Position numbers and translations under genes: made by a program. DNA of 64,000 nt. Source: an uncultured archaeon (GTDB lineage Archaea; Aenigmatarchaeota; Aenigmatarchaeia; CG10238-14; SCSR01). Location of the stretch: positions 192,001 through 256,000 of the forward strand of contig CAYJQI010000001.1 in assembly GCA_964372485.1 (NCBI GenBank), read 5' to 3'. Shown here piece by piece: positions 18,127-26,950 of this stretch. Every line of letters begins with the position of its first letter. Within the stretch, counting starts at the first letter, position 1. Under the pieces are notes generated by a model that saw only the letters and a list, made by a program, of their open reading frames with translations, ran no database searches and was not told where the DNA came from.

Positions 18127-19143
18127 TTAGTTAGTCCATTTTAATTGTTCGTCCAATTGATTTGTTTCAAGCAAATATTTAATTTGTTTCAATCTTGTGT
18201 ATTTTCTAGAGTCAAATTCTTCATTATTCAACCCGATTTCTTTCAATTGTTTCACAAGTTCTTTCACACTTTCTTCCAGAGTCCATTCTATTTTGAATCC
18301 CAATTCATTTTTTATTTTATCACAGTTCACTCGATAACTTCTGCTGTCCTTATCTTGATTTTGAAATTCAATTTCACATCCGGTATGTTTTTTGATTATT
18401 TCGGCTATATCTTTTATTTGGTAATTTTCTTCAGTCGCACCTACATTGTAGATTTTATTATTAACCAAACTATTTTCAGCTTCGAGACTGGCAATAAATG
18501 CCGAACAGTCATCTTGAACATGAAGTGTTGGTCTCCATGGTGTACCATCCGATTTGACGGTGATCTTTCCTGTTGTCAATGCGAGTCCTGTTAGATTGTT
18601 TACAACCAAATCGAATCTGATTCTAGGTGAAATTCCATTTATCGTAGCACTTCGGAGGAATACCGTTGTAAAATCGTTAGATGCTAATTTGGATATATCC
18701 AATTCGGCCATAATTTTTGATTTGGCATAGGCTGTTATTGGATTAAGTTCTGATGTTTCATCCACGATACCAGTGTTATTTATTCCGTAACTGCTGCATG
18801 ATGAAGCGAGGATGAACTTTTTAACTCCTGTTTCTTTAGCTATCATTGCTAATCGAACTGATTCTGTAAAATTAACATCCATTGTCAATTCTGGTTTAAG
18901 AAAACTAAGCGGGTCATTCGATAACGCGGCAAGATGAAGTATTGCATCGATTGATTTTAGATCCGAATTCGTAACATCTCGGACATCTTTGTTTAAGGTT
19001 TCAACTCCTTCAGGAGGTTCAGTCAAATTACAATCTCGGTAATATCCAGTATCAAGACCTACAACAGAATATCCTTTCTCAATTAATCTCTGAACAAGAA
19101 CAGTACCTATGTACCCTTGACTACCAGTAACTAGAACTTTCAT
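18127..19143 (-). CDS. NAD-dependent nucleotide-sugar epimerase/dehydratase (extended SDR)
   Basis: MKVLVTGSQGYIGTVLVQRL and YAKSKIMAE (YxxxK). 338 aa. Confidence 0.8.
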   Translation of the reverse strand: MKVLVTGSQGYIGTVLVQRLIEKGYSVVGLDTGYYRDCNLTEPPEGVETLNKDVRDVTNSDLKSIDAILHLAALSNDPLSFLKPELTMDVNFTESVRLAMIAKETGVKKFILASSCSSYGINNTGIVDETSELNPITAYAKSKIMAELDISKLASNDFTTVFLRSATINGISPRIRFDLVVNNLTGLALTTGKITVKSDGTPWRPTLHVQDDCSAFIASLEAENSLVNNKIYNVGATEENYQIKDIAEIIKKHTGCEIEFQNQDKDSRSYRVNCDKIKNELGFKIEWTLEESVKELVKQLKEIGLNNEEFDSRKYTRLKQIKYLLETNQLDEQLKWTN

Positions 19144-19205
19144 TGAATCGACTTAACAACAAGTATCTTCAGGTATATTTAAATTTTAATAGCCCGATTG
19201 ATTTT

Positions 19206-19742
19206 ATGAAGTTTAAGGAAACTGAGATACAGGGATGTTTTTTAATAGAACCTGAACCGTTTGCAGATAACAGAGGTATGTTCAGACGACATTTCGATTC
19301 TACTGAATTTGCAGCACACGGGATAGTAACTGATGTGAAGCAAGCTAATGTATCTGAGAATATCCATCCGTTTACTTTACGTGGATTTCATTATCAACTA
19401 CCTCCACATGGAGAAGGTAAAACTCTATCATGCATAAAGGGAAAGATTTACGATATTGTTGTCGATTTGAGACCAGATTCCAAGACATTTATGAAATGGG
19501 TAGCTGTTGAATTGAATGAAACTAATCGAGCAAGTATACATATCCCACCAGGGTGTGCTAATGCGTTCATGACACTCGAAGCGAATTCCATTATCCATTA
19601 TTACTGTTCACAGAATTACAATAAGGAAGCTGAAAGAGGAATTAGATACAATGATCCTGCATTCAAGTTCAGTTGGCCTAGAGAACCTGAAGTAATTTCT
19701 GACAAGGACAAATCCTGGCCTGATTTTGTTGCAAATCAGTGA
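19206..19742 (+). CDS. RmlC-like cupin, nucleotide-sugar 3,5-epimerase
   Basis: GCFLIEPEPFADNRGMFRRHF..RGFHYQLPPHGEGKTLSC..GKIYDIVVDLR..IHIPPGCANAF..YNKEAERGIRYNDP. The ATG at 19206 is preferred over the track start at 19143. Confidence 0.8.
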   Translation: MKFKETEIQGCFLIEPEPFADNRGMFRRHFDSTEFAAHGIVTDVKQANVSENIHPFTLRGFHYQLPPHGEGKTLSCIKGKIYDIVVDLRPDSKTFMKWVAVELNETNRASIHIPPGCANAFMTLEANSIIHYYCSQNYNKEAERGIRYNDPAFKFSWPREPEVISDKDKSWPDFVANQ

Positions 19743-19785
19743 TGGTTTTAAATGTTTAATGACATGACTTAGTTTATCTGGTCAT

Positions 19786-20988
19786 ATGTCTGATGTTAAA
19801 CAAGCTGTAATCTTAGCAGGTGGATTAGGAACTAGGTTACGTCCGATAACAGATACTATTCCAAAGCCGATGGTACCAGTTAATGGAAGACCGTTTCTCG
19901 AATATTTGTTGGAAATGCTAAAGAAAAACGGTATATCCGAAGTTGTTTTATGTTTAGGATACCTTGCGCACAAAATAACAGAACATTTCGGCGATGGATC
20001 TAAGTTTGGAATGAAAATTTCATATTCAATTGGTGCTGTAGAAGATGATACAGGAAAAAGGTTGAAAATGGCAGAACCTTTTTTGAATGAAAGGTTTCTT
20101 TTGATGTATTGTGATAATTATTGGCCGTTAAATTTGAAGAAAATGGTTGAGGTGTTCGATGCAAATCAACAACCTTTCATGATGACTGTCTACACAAACA
20201 AATACGGCATAACAAAAAACAATGTACTTGTGGATGAAAGCAATTTTATTGTAAAATATGACAAGACTCGTCAGGATTCTAATCTAAATGGTGTGGATAT
20301 AGGGTTCATGATAGTCGATAAATCTGTGTTAAATCTCATCGGTGAGGAAAATTCCAATTTTGAAGAAAAGGTATATCCGATTCTAGTTGAAAATCGGAAG
20401 ATGATTGCATTCAAAACCGATCATAGATACTATAGCATAAGTACACCAGAAAAACTCCAAGTGATGGAAGATGTGATGAAACCTAAAAAAACAATAATCT
20501 TGGATAGAGATGGTGTGATAAACAAAAAACCACCAAAGGCAGATTATGTCAAATCTTGGTCAGAGTTTGAATTCCTACCAGAATCAGTAGAAGGATTGAA
20601 ATTACTCAATGACAACGGATTCAAAATTATAATAGCGACAAATCAACCTGGTATTGCAAGAGGGTTGATGAAACATGAGGACCTTATAACAATTCATGAT
20701 AAATTAAAATCTGAATTGGAGAAAAATAGCGTAAGAATTGATGGAATATATGTATGTGAGCATGGATGGGATGATGGTTGTGACTGTAGAAAACCAAATG
20801 CAGGATTATTATTCCAAGCTGCGAATGATTTCAAGTTGGATTTAACGAAAACTTTCTATGTTGGTGACGATGAAAGAGATATGGAAGCTGGAACAAGAGC
20901 GGGATGTAAAACATTTCTAGTTTCCGAAAATGACAGTCTTCTAAAAGTTATTAAATCTTCTATTTTAATTGGTAATGGAGACGGATAG
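19786..20988 (+). CDS. Fusion: sugar-1-phosphate nucleotidyltransferase (HddC-like) plus D,D-heptose 1,7-bisphosphate phosphatase (GmhB-like HAD)
   Basis: N-terminus AVILAGGLGTRLRPITDTIPKPMVPV. C-terminal half ILDRDGVIN (DxDGT-like), ATNQPGIARG, CEHGWDDGCDCRKPNAGL (GmhB Zn/Cys motif) and YVGDDERDMEAG. Confidence 0.8.
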   Translation: MSDVKQAVILAGGLGTRLRPITDTIPKPMVPVNGRPFLEYLLEMLKKNGISEVVLCLGYLAHKITEHFGDGSKFGMKISYSIGAVEDDTGKRLKMAEPFLNERFLLMYCDNYWPLNLKKMVEVFDANQQPFMMTVYTNKYGITKNNVLVDESNFIVKYDKTRQDSNLNGVDIGFMIVDKSVLNLIGEENSNFEEKVYPILVENRKMIAFKTDHRYYSISTPEKLQVMEDVMKPKKTIILDRDGVINKKPPKADYVKSWSEFEFLPESVEGLKLLNDNGFKIIIATNQPGIARGLMKHEDLITIHDKLKSELEKNSVRIDGIYVCEHGWDDGCDCRKPNAGLLFQAANDFKLDLTKTFYVGDDERDMEAGTRAGCKTFLVSENDSLLKVIKSSILIGNGDG

Positions 20989-20990
20989 AT

Positions 20991-21974
20991 TTGATAATAG
21001 CTCGAACACCTTTCAGAATTAGTTTTGTGGGTGGGGGAACGGATATAGCAGAATTTTATAGAAAGGAACCTGGAGCTGTCATAAGTTCTGCGATAAACAA
21101 GTACGTCTATATAACAGTTAATCCAAATCCTGGAATTCACCCATTCAAGTTTAGAGTTGCGTATTCAGTTACAGAAAATGTCAATGAAATAGAAGCAATT
21201 CAACATCCGATTGTAAAAGAAGCATTAAAAATGTTGGATTATAATAAACCAATTGAAATAACAAATGTTGCTGATTTTCCTGCGAGATCTGGTCTTGGAT
21301 CGTCAAGTAGTTTTGCAGTTTGTCTATTGCACGCACTACATGCATTGAAAGGTGAACATGTTACTAGTGAACAGCTTGCACAAGAAGCTCATGATATAGA
21401 AGTGAATCTTTTGAAAAGACCGATCGGAAAACAAGACCATTATGCGTCTGCATATGGTGGACTGAACCACATTCAGTTCATGCCCGATGAAACTGTAAAA
21501 ATAAATCCAGTAATATGTGATAAGAAAGTGAGAGAAAAATTATTTGGAAATCTTATGTTGTTTTACACTGGTATAACAAGAGATGCAAGTTCTGTTTTAC
21601 AAGAACAAGTAAAAAACACTTCTCAAAAATTTGAAGTTTTGAAATCAATGCGAGATATGACAGGTAAAGTGATTGAAATATTACAAGGTGAGAAGGATCT
21701 CAGTGAATTTGGACAGATGTTACATCAAGGATGGGTTGCTAAAAGAGGCCTTGCAAGTACAATAACCAACAATGATATTGACACATATTATGACGCGGCA
21801 ATAAAAGCCGGTGCTGTGGGAGGAAAACTACTCGGTGCGGGTGGAGGTGGATGTCTTTTGTTCTACGTTGAGAAAGAAAATCAAGATAATGTAAGAACGG
21901 CACTGAAAAATTTATTGGAACTGCAGTTTAATTTTGAACCTGAGGGTAGTAAGATCGTTTATCTTAGTGGGTAA
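20991..21974 (+). CDS. hddA: GHMP-family sugar kinase, D-glycero-D-manno-heptose 7-phosphate kinase (HddA-like)
   Basis: IARTPFRISFVGGGTDIAEFY..PARSGLGSSSSFAVCLL (GHMP motif II)..GGKLLGAGGGGCLLFYV. TTG start. Confidence 0.8.
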   Translation: MIIARTPFRISFVGGGTDIAEFYRKEPGAVISSAINKYVYITVNPNPGIHPFKFRVAYSVTENVNEIEAIQHPIVKEALKMLDYNKPIEITNVADFPARSGLGSSSSFAVCLLHALHALKGEHVTSEQLAQEAHDIEVNLLKRPIGKQDHYASAYGGLNHIQFMPDETVKINPVICDKKVREKLFGNLMLFYTGITRDASSVLQEQVKNTSQKFEVLKSMRDMTGKVIEILQGEKDLSEFGQMLHQGWVAKRGLASTITNNDIDTYYDAAIKAGAVGGKLLGAGGGGCLLFYVEKENQDNVRTALKNLLELQFNFEPEGSKIVYLSG

Positions 21975-22021
21975 TAATCGTTTAAAAAGATTAACTACCA
22001 TCAATTAGGTAGAAGATAATT

Positions 22022-22702
22022 ATGAATGAAAATGAGAATGTTTCTCAACCTGAATCGCATGATATACGAGAAGTTGCTAAACAATATTTAGACAATTTGA
22101 AGACTGCGATAGATGCAATATCACTAGATGATATACAAAAAGTAGCAGATGTATTGTTTGACGCTTACAAAAATGGAAAAAAAGTTTTTATATTCGGAAA
22201 TGGGGGAAGTGCAGCTACTGCATCTCACATGGCAGCTGATTTTGGTAAAGGTACATTAAGAAATGTTTACGATACAGGAGAAAAAAGATTCCAAGTTATA
22301 TCTTTGACTGACAATGTTCCTGCGATGACTGCATTTGCGAATGACTTATCATTCGATGAAATGTTTGTACAACAAATTAGAAATTATGTACAGAAAGGTG
22401 ATGTGGTTATTGGCATATCTGGAAGTGGAAATACCCCAAATGTTATAAAAGCAATTCTATATGCAAAGGAAATTGGTGCAACTACGATTGGATTTCTAGG
22501 ATTTACAACAGGTGGAAGTACAAAACAACTTGTTGATTATGACATTACGATAAAATCAAACAATTACGGTGTTGTTGAAGATATTCACATGACATTAGAT
22601 CATCTATTGACAACTTGTCTAGCGTACATGAAAGGTAAGGATGAGTTGAAAGCTGGAAGTGAACAACCAATTGAATGGAAAGAAAGAAGTACAAGAAGGT
22701 AA
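22022..22702 (+). CDS. gmhA: SIS-domain sedoheptulose-7-phosphate isomerase
   Basis: KVFIFGNGGSAATASHMAADF..ALTDN..DVVIGISGSGNTPNVI..IHMTLDHLL. Confidence 0.85.
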   Translation: MNENENVSQPESHDIREVAKQYLDNLKTAIDAISLDDIQKVADVLFDAYKNGKKVFIFGNGGSAATASHMAADFGKGTLRNVYDTGEKRFQVISLTDNVPAMTAFANDLSFDEMFVQQIRNYVQKGDVVIGISGSGNTPNVIKAILYAKEIGATTIGFLGFTTGGSTKQLVDYDITIKSNNYGVVEDIHMTLDHLLTTCLAYMKGKDELKAGSEQPIEWKERSTRR

Positions 22703-22703
22703 A

Positions 22704-23585
22704 TTAAATTCTATTATCGCGCATAAACTTTAGACCATCTTCCACTCCAAGTAACTTGATTCTACTATCACGTTGTGCTTTTTGGTTTGAAAGATTTGCA
22801 TTAGGCCTCTTGGCTGGAAGGTTTAGTTTCTCAGAATTTTTGGATTTGATTAAATTTTTATCAAGATTGAATACATCTGCAGTTTTATTTGCCCATTCAA
22901 CACGATTCATAAAGTCAGATCCAACAACATGATATATTCCTCGTTTATTTTTCGTTATCAGATTTATTATAACATCGGCAGCGTTATCTGCAAGTGTTGG
23001 ATTGTTATACCAATCGTCTATCTCTTCTACTTGTTCGCCTTTTTCCATTTTTTTAATATTTTTTGTGACAGTGTTATCGGCTTGACCTGGAAGTGTCCAA
23101 CCATAGAGTTGATCAACACGTGCAATAAGATATTCCATTCCAGAATTTCTTACTAGATTTTCACAATCTAACTTACTTTGTCCATAATAATTTACTGGAT
23201 GTGGTTCATCCTCCTCTGTAAATATTGGTTTACTTGCATCGAAAACAAATGCGCTGGAAATGTATACAATTAACGGATTGATTGGTTTACATGCGTCCAA
23301 CAAATTCTGTGTACCGATTAAATTAATTCCATCGACAAGTTCTTTATTTGTTTCATAAATATCAGTCCCTTTCTGCGACACGGTATGAATAACTATTTCA
23401 GGATTGGTTTCTTTGATTACTTCAATCACTGCCTGCTTGTTCGTTATATCTAGTGGGTAATCTTTACAACCGTCCAACTTGAGAGAATTTTTATGTGATG
23501 TAAAACTAACTTGATGATCATTTTTTAATTGAAGAGCTAGTTTACTACCTATAAATCCACTACCGCCGATTATCAGAATTCTCAT
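22704..23585 (-). CDS. RmlD-like nucleotide-sugar 4-keto reductase (dTDP-4-dehydrorhamnose reductase family)
   Basis: Start placed at MRILIIGGSGFIGSKLA (nt 23585). Contains YGQSKLDCE (YxxxK). The 67 upstream codons in the track overlap the neighbouring gene and lack similarity to the family. Confidence 0.75.
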   Translation of the reverse strand: MRILIIGGSGFIGSKLALQLKNDHQVSFTSHKNSLKLDGCKDYPLDITNKQAVIEVIKETNPEIVIHTVSQKGTDIYETNKELVDGINLIGTQNLLDACKPINPLIVYISSAFVFDASKPIFTEEDEPHPVNYYGQSKLDCENLVRNSGMEYLIARVDQLYGWTLPGQADNTVTKNIKKMEKGEQVEEIDDWYNNPTLADNAADVIINLITKNKRGIYHVVGSDFMNRVEWANKTADVFNLDKNLIKSKNSEKLNLPAKRPNANLSNQKAQRDSRIKLLGVEDGLKFMRDNRI

Positions 23586-23586
23586 G

Positions 23587-24492
23587 TTACTCTCTAACGC
23601 CGTATTTTTTAGACATGTATTTATTGATTTCAAGCACAGATTCCAAAAGTTTAGGATCTGATTCCATCTTTTTAACAAAATTAACAAATGCTTCCAGATC
23701 TTTTGGTAAACATCTTCCTCCAAAAGCTTTACCATGGACAACTCCATATTTACCGATTCTATTATCTGTGCTAACAACATCTGCAACTAGTTTAGAATCT
23801 ATACCAAATGTCTGACAGATTAGGAAAATTTCATTCCAATATGATATTTTGGTAGCAAGATGAAGGTTATGTGCATATTTTATCATTTCGGCTGTCTTTA
23901 GATCTGTACGGAAAATTGGGATATTGAATTTTTTAAATATTTCTTCCAACATGTCACCAGATTTCTTATCATATTCACCTATAACTGCTTTTTCTTCGAA
24001 GTTTTTGACACCGAATGTATTTTTTTCGTACCATGCTTTTAATTCTGGATCAGTTGTAGTTTTTGGTACTTGAGTTAGAAATTCTGGATTCACACATAAT
24101 CCGAAATCTTTTCCACATTTTTTACCAGATATATTTTCCAACAGAGGTAGTATAAAATTTTCTGTAGTACTTGGCACTATTGTGCTTTTGATAACAATTA
24201 GATGATATTCTGATTTTGTTTTTAGTTCTTCGGCTAACTTTTCAGTTGCTGATTTTATATAACTCAAATCAATTTCGTTATTTTCTGTCGGCGTTGGGAC
24301 ACAAATAAATGAAATGTTCGTGTTCTGTACTGCATGATGTATATCGGATGTCGCCTCCAAACCTTCCTTCGTTAATCTTTCAATAGCATTAGAGTCGATA
24401 TCGTAAAAAATTACTTTCTGACCAGCACTTACTAGACCTTTTCCAATGAATGAACCTACAAAACCGGATCCTATTATACTTATTCCATTCAA
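23587..24492 (-). CDS. UDP-glucose/GDP-mannose 6-dehydrogenase-family protein lacking the C-terminal nucleotide-sugar-binding domain
   Basis: ISIIGSGFVGSFIG (NAD fold) and the catalytic-Cys block AFGGRCLPKDL. The protein stops ~35 aa after this block (301 aa). Confidence 0.7.
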   Translation of the reverse strand: MNGISIIGSGFVGSFIGKGLVSAGQKVIFYDIDSNAIERLTKEGLEATSDIHHAVQNTNISFICVPTPTENNEIDLSYIKSATEKLAEELKTKSEYHLIVIKSTIVPSTTENFILPLLENISGKKCGKDFGLCVNPEFLTQVPKTTTDPELKAWYEKNTFGVKNFEEKAVIGEYDKKSGDMLEEIFKKFNIPIFRTDLKTAEMIKYAHNLHLATKISYWNEIFLICQTFGIDSKLVADVVSTDNRIGKYGVVHGKAFGGRCLPKDLEAFVNFVKKMESDPKLLESVLEINKYMSKKYGVRE

Positions 24493-24552
24493 ACTATCAC
24501 GTACTTAGGATATGTTAATAACATTATTAAATCTTTCCCCTAGGTATTAATT

Positions 24553-25005
24553 ATGAAAATCTGTATGCCGGTTAGTCCTGGTGGACATCTGACACAAGCT
24601 TTAGCTCTTGCGGAAAAGTTAAAGAAAAAAGATACTGAAATATTTTTTGTAACATCAAATTTAGGTAAATTCAGAACATCAGACCTAAAATGGGAGTTCA
24701 AACATGTGATAAATCCGTCTCGTAATTTATTGAAGTTTATCATACTCACCTTCCAAGCATTATCAATTTGTATTAAGAAAAATCCTGATGCAATAATATC
24801 CACAGGTTCAAACATACCAATTCCATTTTTTATCCTGGGAAAATTGTTCGGTAAGAAACTGATTTATATTGAAAGTATCTCAAGAGTATCCAAACCGTCA
24901 TTGTCCGGAAAGATTCTTTACAAAATATCGGATTTGTTTTTTGTTCAATGGAAAGAAATGCAGAAATTTTATCCGAACTCAATATATGCAGGGAGATTGT
25001 TGTAG
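24553..25005 (+). CDS. Alg14-like glycosyltransferase membrane/accessory subunit (PssD/Cps14F type)
   Basis: MKICMPVSPGGHLTQALALAEKL..DAIISTGSNIPIPFFILGKLFGKKLIYIES..SLSGKILY..DLFFVQW. Confidence 0.7.
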   Translation: MKICMPVSPGGHLTQALALAEKLKKKDTEIFFVTSNLGKFRTSDLKWEFKHVINPSRNLLKFIILTFQALSICIKKNPDAIISTGSNIPIPFFILGKLFGKKLIYIESISRVSKPSLSGKILYKISDLFFVQWKEMQKFYPNSIYAGRLL

Positions 25006-25443
25006 ATGATTTTCGTAACTTCTGGTATTGGAGGGTCTGATGAAATAGTCAGGAAAGTAGATGAATTGGCTAGTAAAAGTAATGAAAAATTTGTTGTTGT
25101 TATTGGAAAGGGGGATTATATACCGAAAAATTGTAAATGGTTTAGATATGTTCCATCAATCATTCCTTATGTTAAACAATCGCGAGTAGTAATAGCACAT
25201 GGTGGGGTGGGGACGATATTTGATTGTTTGAACAATGGCGCAAGAATTATTACGGTAGCAAAAGAACATATTGGAGATCATCAAACAGATATAATCGATA
25301 AGCTCAGCAAAGAAAACTATCTGATAAAATGTGAAAATCTGAATGATTTGGAAGATTTGATAAACAGTAATAAAAAATTAAGAAAATATGTTAAACCTGA
25401 ATCCAATATGGCTGAAAAAATTATGAAATTCTTAGAAAGTTAA
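25006..25443 (+). CDS. Alg13-like glycosyltransferase catalytic subunit (GT28 C-terminal domain; PssE/Cps14G type)
   Basis: MIFVTSGIGG..VIAHGGVGTIFDCL..GDHQTDI. Starts at the nucleotide after the Alg14-like stop. Confidence 0.65.
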   Translation: MIFVTSGIGGSDEIVRKVDELASKSNEKFVVVIGKGDYIPKNCKWFRYVPSIIPYVKQSRVVIAHGGVGTIFDCLNNGARIITVAKEHIGDHQTDIIDKLSKENYLIKCENLNDLEDLINSNKKLRKYVKPESNMAEKIMKFLES

Positions 25444-26390
25444 GCCCACCATGATTCATTTTCCATATACCATTGAACTGTCTTCTTAATTCCGTCTTCA
25501 AACGAAGTTTCAGGCTTCCATCCTAGTTCATTCTTTATTTTAGTATCGTCCAATGAATATCGCTGATCATGTCCTAATCTATCTGCAATAAAACTGATTA
25601 AAGATTCTGGTTTGTTCATAACTTGGAGGATGAATTTAGCAAGTTCCAAATTTGTTTTCTCATTTCCGCCTCTTATATTGTAAGCTTCTCCAAGTTTGCC
25701 CTTGTGAAGAACCTTGTCCACAGCTATGCAATTATCCAAGACGTATATCCAATCTCGAACTTGTGCACCATTTCCGTATATTGGAATAGGTTGATTTCTT
25801 AATGCGTTAATAATTATTTTTGGAATGAATTTTTCTGGATTTTGAAGCGGACCGTAATTGTTTGTAGTTCTTGTTATCAATATGGGAAGATTGAACGTCT
25901 CAAAATAACTCTGAGCTAAAAGTTCTTGGGCTGCTTTACATGCAGCATAAGGATTTCGTGGTTTGTAAGGATCGTTTTCTTTGAAAGAACCATTGTTAAT
26001 ACTTCCATAAACTTCATCTGTGGATATTTGGACGAATTTTTCTACATTGAATTTCTTAACAGCTTCTAGTATTTTTCCTACACCGAGTATTTCAGTTAAT
26101 ATGAAAGGTTCAGAATCTATTATGCTTCTGTCAACATGACTTTCTGCAGCAAAGTTTACAATAAAATCAATATCTTTGACGGCATTTTCTACATCTGCTT
26201 TATTACAAATATCACCGTTAATGAATTGTATCTTGTCGAGAACTTCGTTGATGTTTTCTTTCTTCCCCGCGTATGTTAACTTGTCTAGAACTATAACTTC
26301 ATAGTGCGGATATTTCTCAACAATATATTTCGTGAAATTACTTCCTATGAAACCACACCCACCGGTGATTAAAATTCTTTTCGAATCCAT
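25440..26390 (-). CDS. rmlB: dTDP-glucose 4,6-dehydratase
   Basis: ILITGGCGFIGSNF..NFAAESHVDRS..STDEVYG..YAACKAAQE..RTTNNYGP.Q.PEKFIPK..PIYGNGAQVRDWIYV.D. Confidence 0.9.
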   Translation of the reverse strand: MDSKRILITGGCGFIGSNFTKYIVEKYPHYEVIVLDKLTYAGKKENINEVLDKIQFINGDICNKADVENAVKDIDFIVNFAAESHVDRSIIDSEPFILTEILGVGKILEAVKKFNVEKFVQISTDEVYGSINNGSFKENDPYKPRNPYAACKAAQELLAQSYFETFNLPILITRTTNNYGPLQNPEKFIPKIIINALRNQPIPIYGNGAQVRDWIYVLDNCIAVDKVLHKGKLGEAYNIRGGNEKTNLELAKFILQVMNKPESLISFIADRLGHDQRYSLDDTKIKNELGWKPETSFEDGIKKTVQWYMENESWWA

Positions 26391-26932
26391 TAGATCACTA
26401 TGTTGTATGATTTTACTTTTTCTCGTATATTGGGGATATCAGAAGGTGGTGTCCTGTCATAATCTTTTTCATCATATTGTTGTGATGCCAAAGCTAATAC
26501 AATAACTGGATCGTCTGTTAATTGCCAATATGCATGATACACACCGGCTGGAACTAGTATTTGCGCCATCTGAGATTTATCAAGTGTATATTGTGGGTCG
26601 TCAGTATTAGTTTCCATGGATTTCGATCCTAAAACTACAGAGAATATTTTATTGTATGTAGGGGATTCTTTTCTAAGATCTACAAAAACCCATAGAGCTG
26701 TGCCAGATAATGTGTAAAAATTTTCAATGTTCTTATAATGAAGATGACCCGCACGCAAAGTATGCTTTTTTTCTGATGATGATATGTAAATGTTGTTAAT
26801 ACCCGAATTGAAAAATTTGTGAGCAGTTCCTGCAGGAGAAAGTTCTGCCAATAATCCTCTACTATCTGGAACAACCTTGCCTAATTTTATTTTCAACCCT
26901 TCTATTGATGTTTCTACTAGTTCTTCTGACAT
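26390..26932 (-). CDS. Second RmlC-like cupin (nucleotide-sugar epimerase/ketoisomerase family)
   Basis: DSRGLLAEL..RAGHLHYKN..VDLRKESPTY..VPAGVYHAY..YDEKDYDR. Start overlaps the rmlB stop. Confidence 0.6.
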   Translation of the reverse strand: MSEELVETSIEGLKIKLGKVVPDSRGLLAELSPAGTAHKFFNSGINNIYISSSEKKHTLRAGHLHYKNIENFYTLSGTALWVFVDLRKESPTYNKIFSVVLGSKSMETNTDDPQYTLDKSQMAQILVPAGVYHAYWQLTDDPVIVLALASQQYDEKDYDRTPPSDIPNIREKVKSYNIVI

Positions 26933-26950
26933 AATCCTAAAATATGGGTA

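Noticed and set aside
23586-23786. A 67-codon N-terminal extension of the RmlD-like ORF as listed in the track (22704..23786).
   Set aside because: It overlaps the 3' end of the dehydrogenase-family gene in another frame. The family-typical Rossmann start MRILIIGGSGFIG begins at 23585, 1 nt after that gene's stop, so the extension is treated as non-coding read-through of the ORF finder.
7151-26932. The possibility that the 20-kb glycan island is a mobile element or genomic island.
   Set aside because: No integrase, transposase, flanking direct repeats or tRNA boundary is visible in the window. Composition looks like the rest of the sequence by eye. A bacterial origin of individual cassettes is kept as a hypothesis in the findings.
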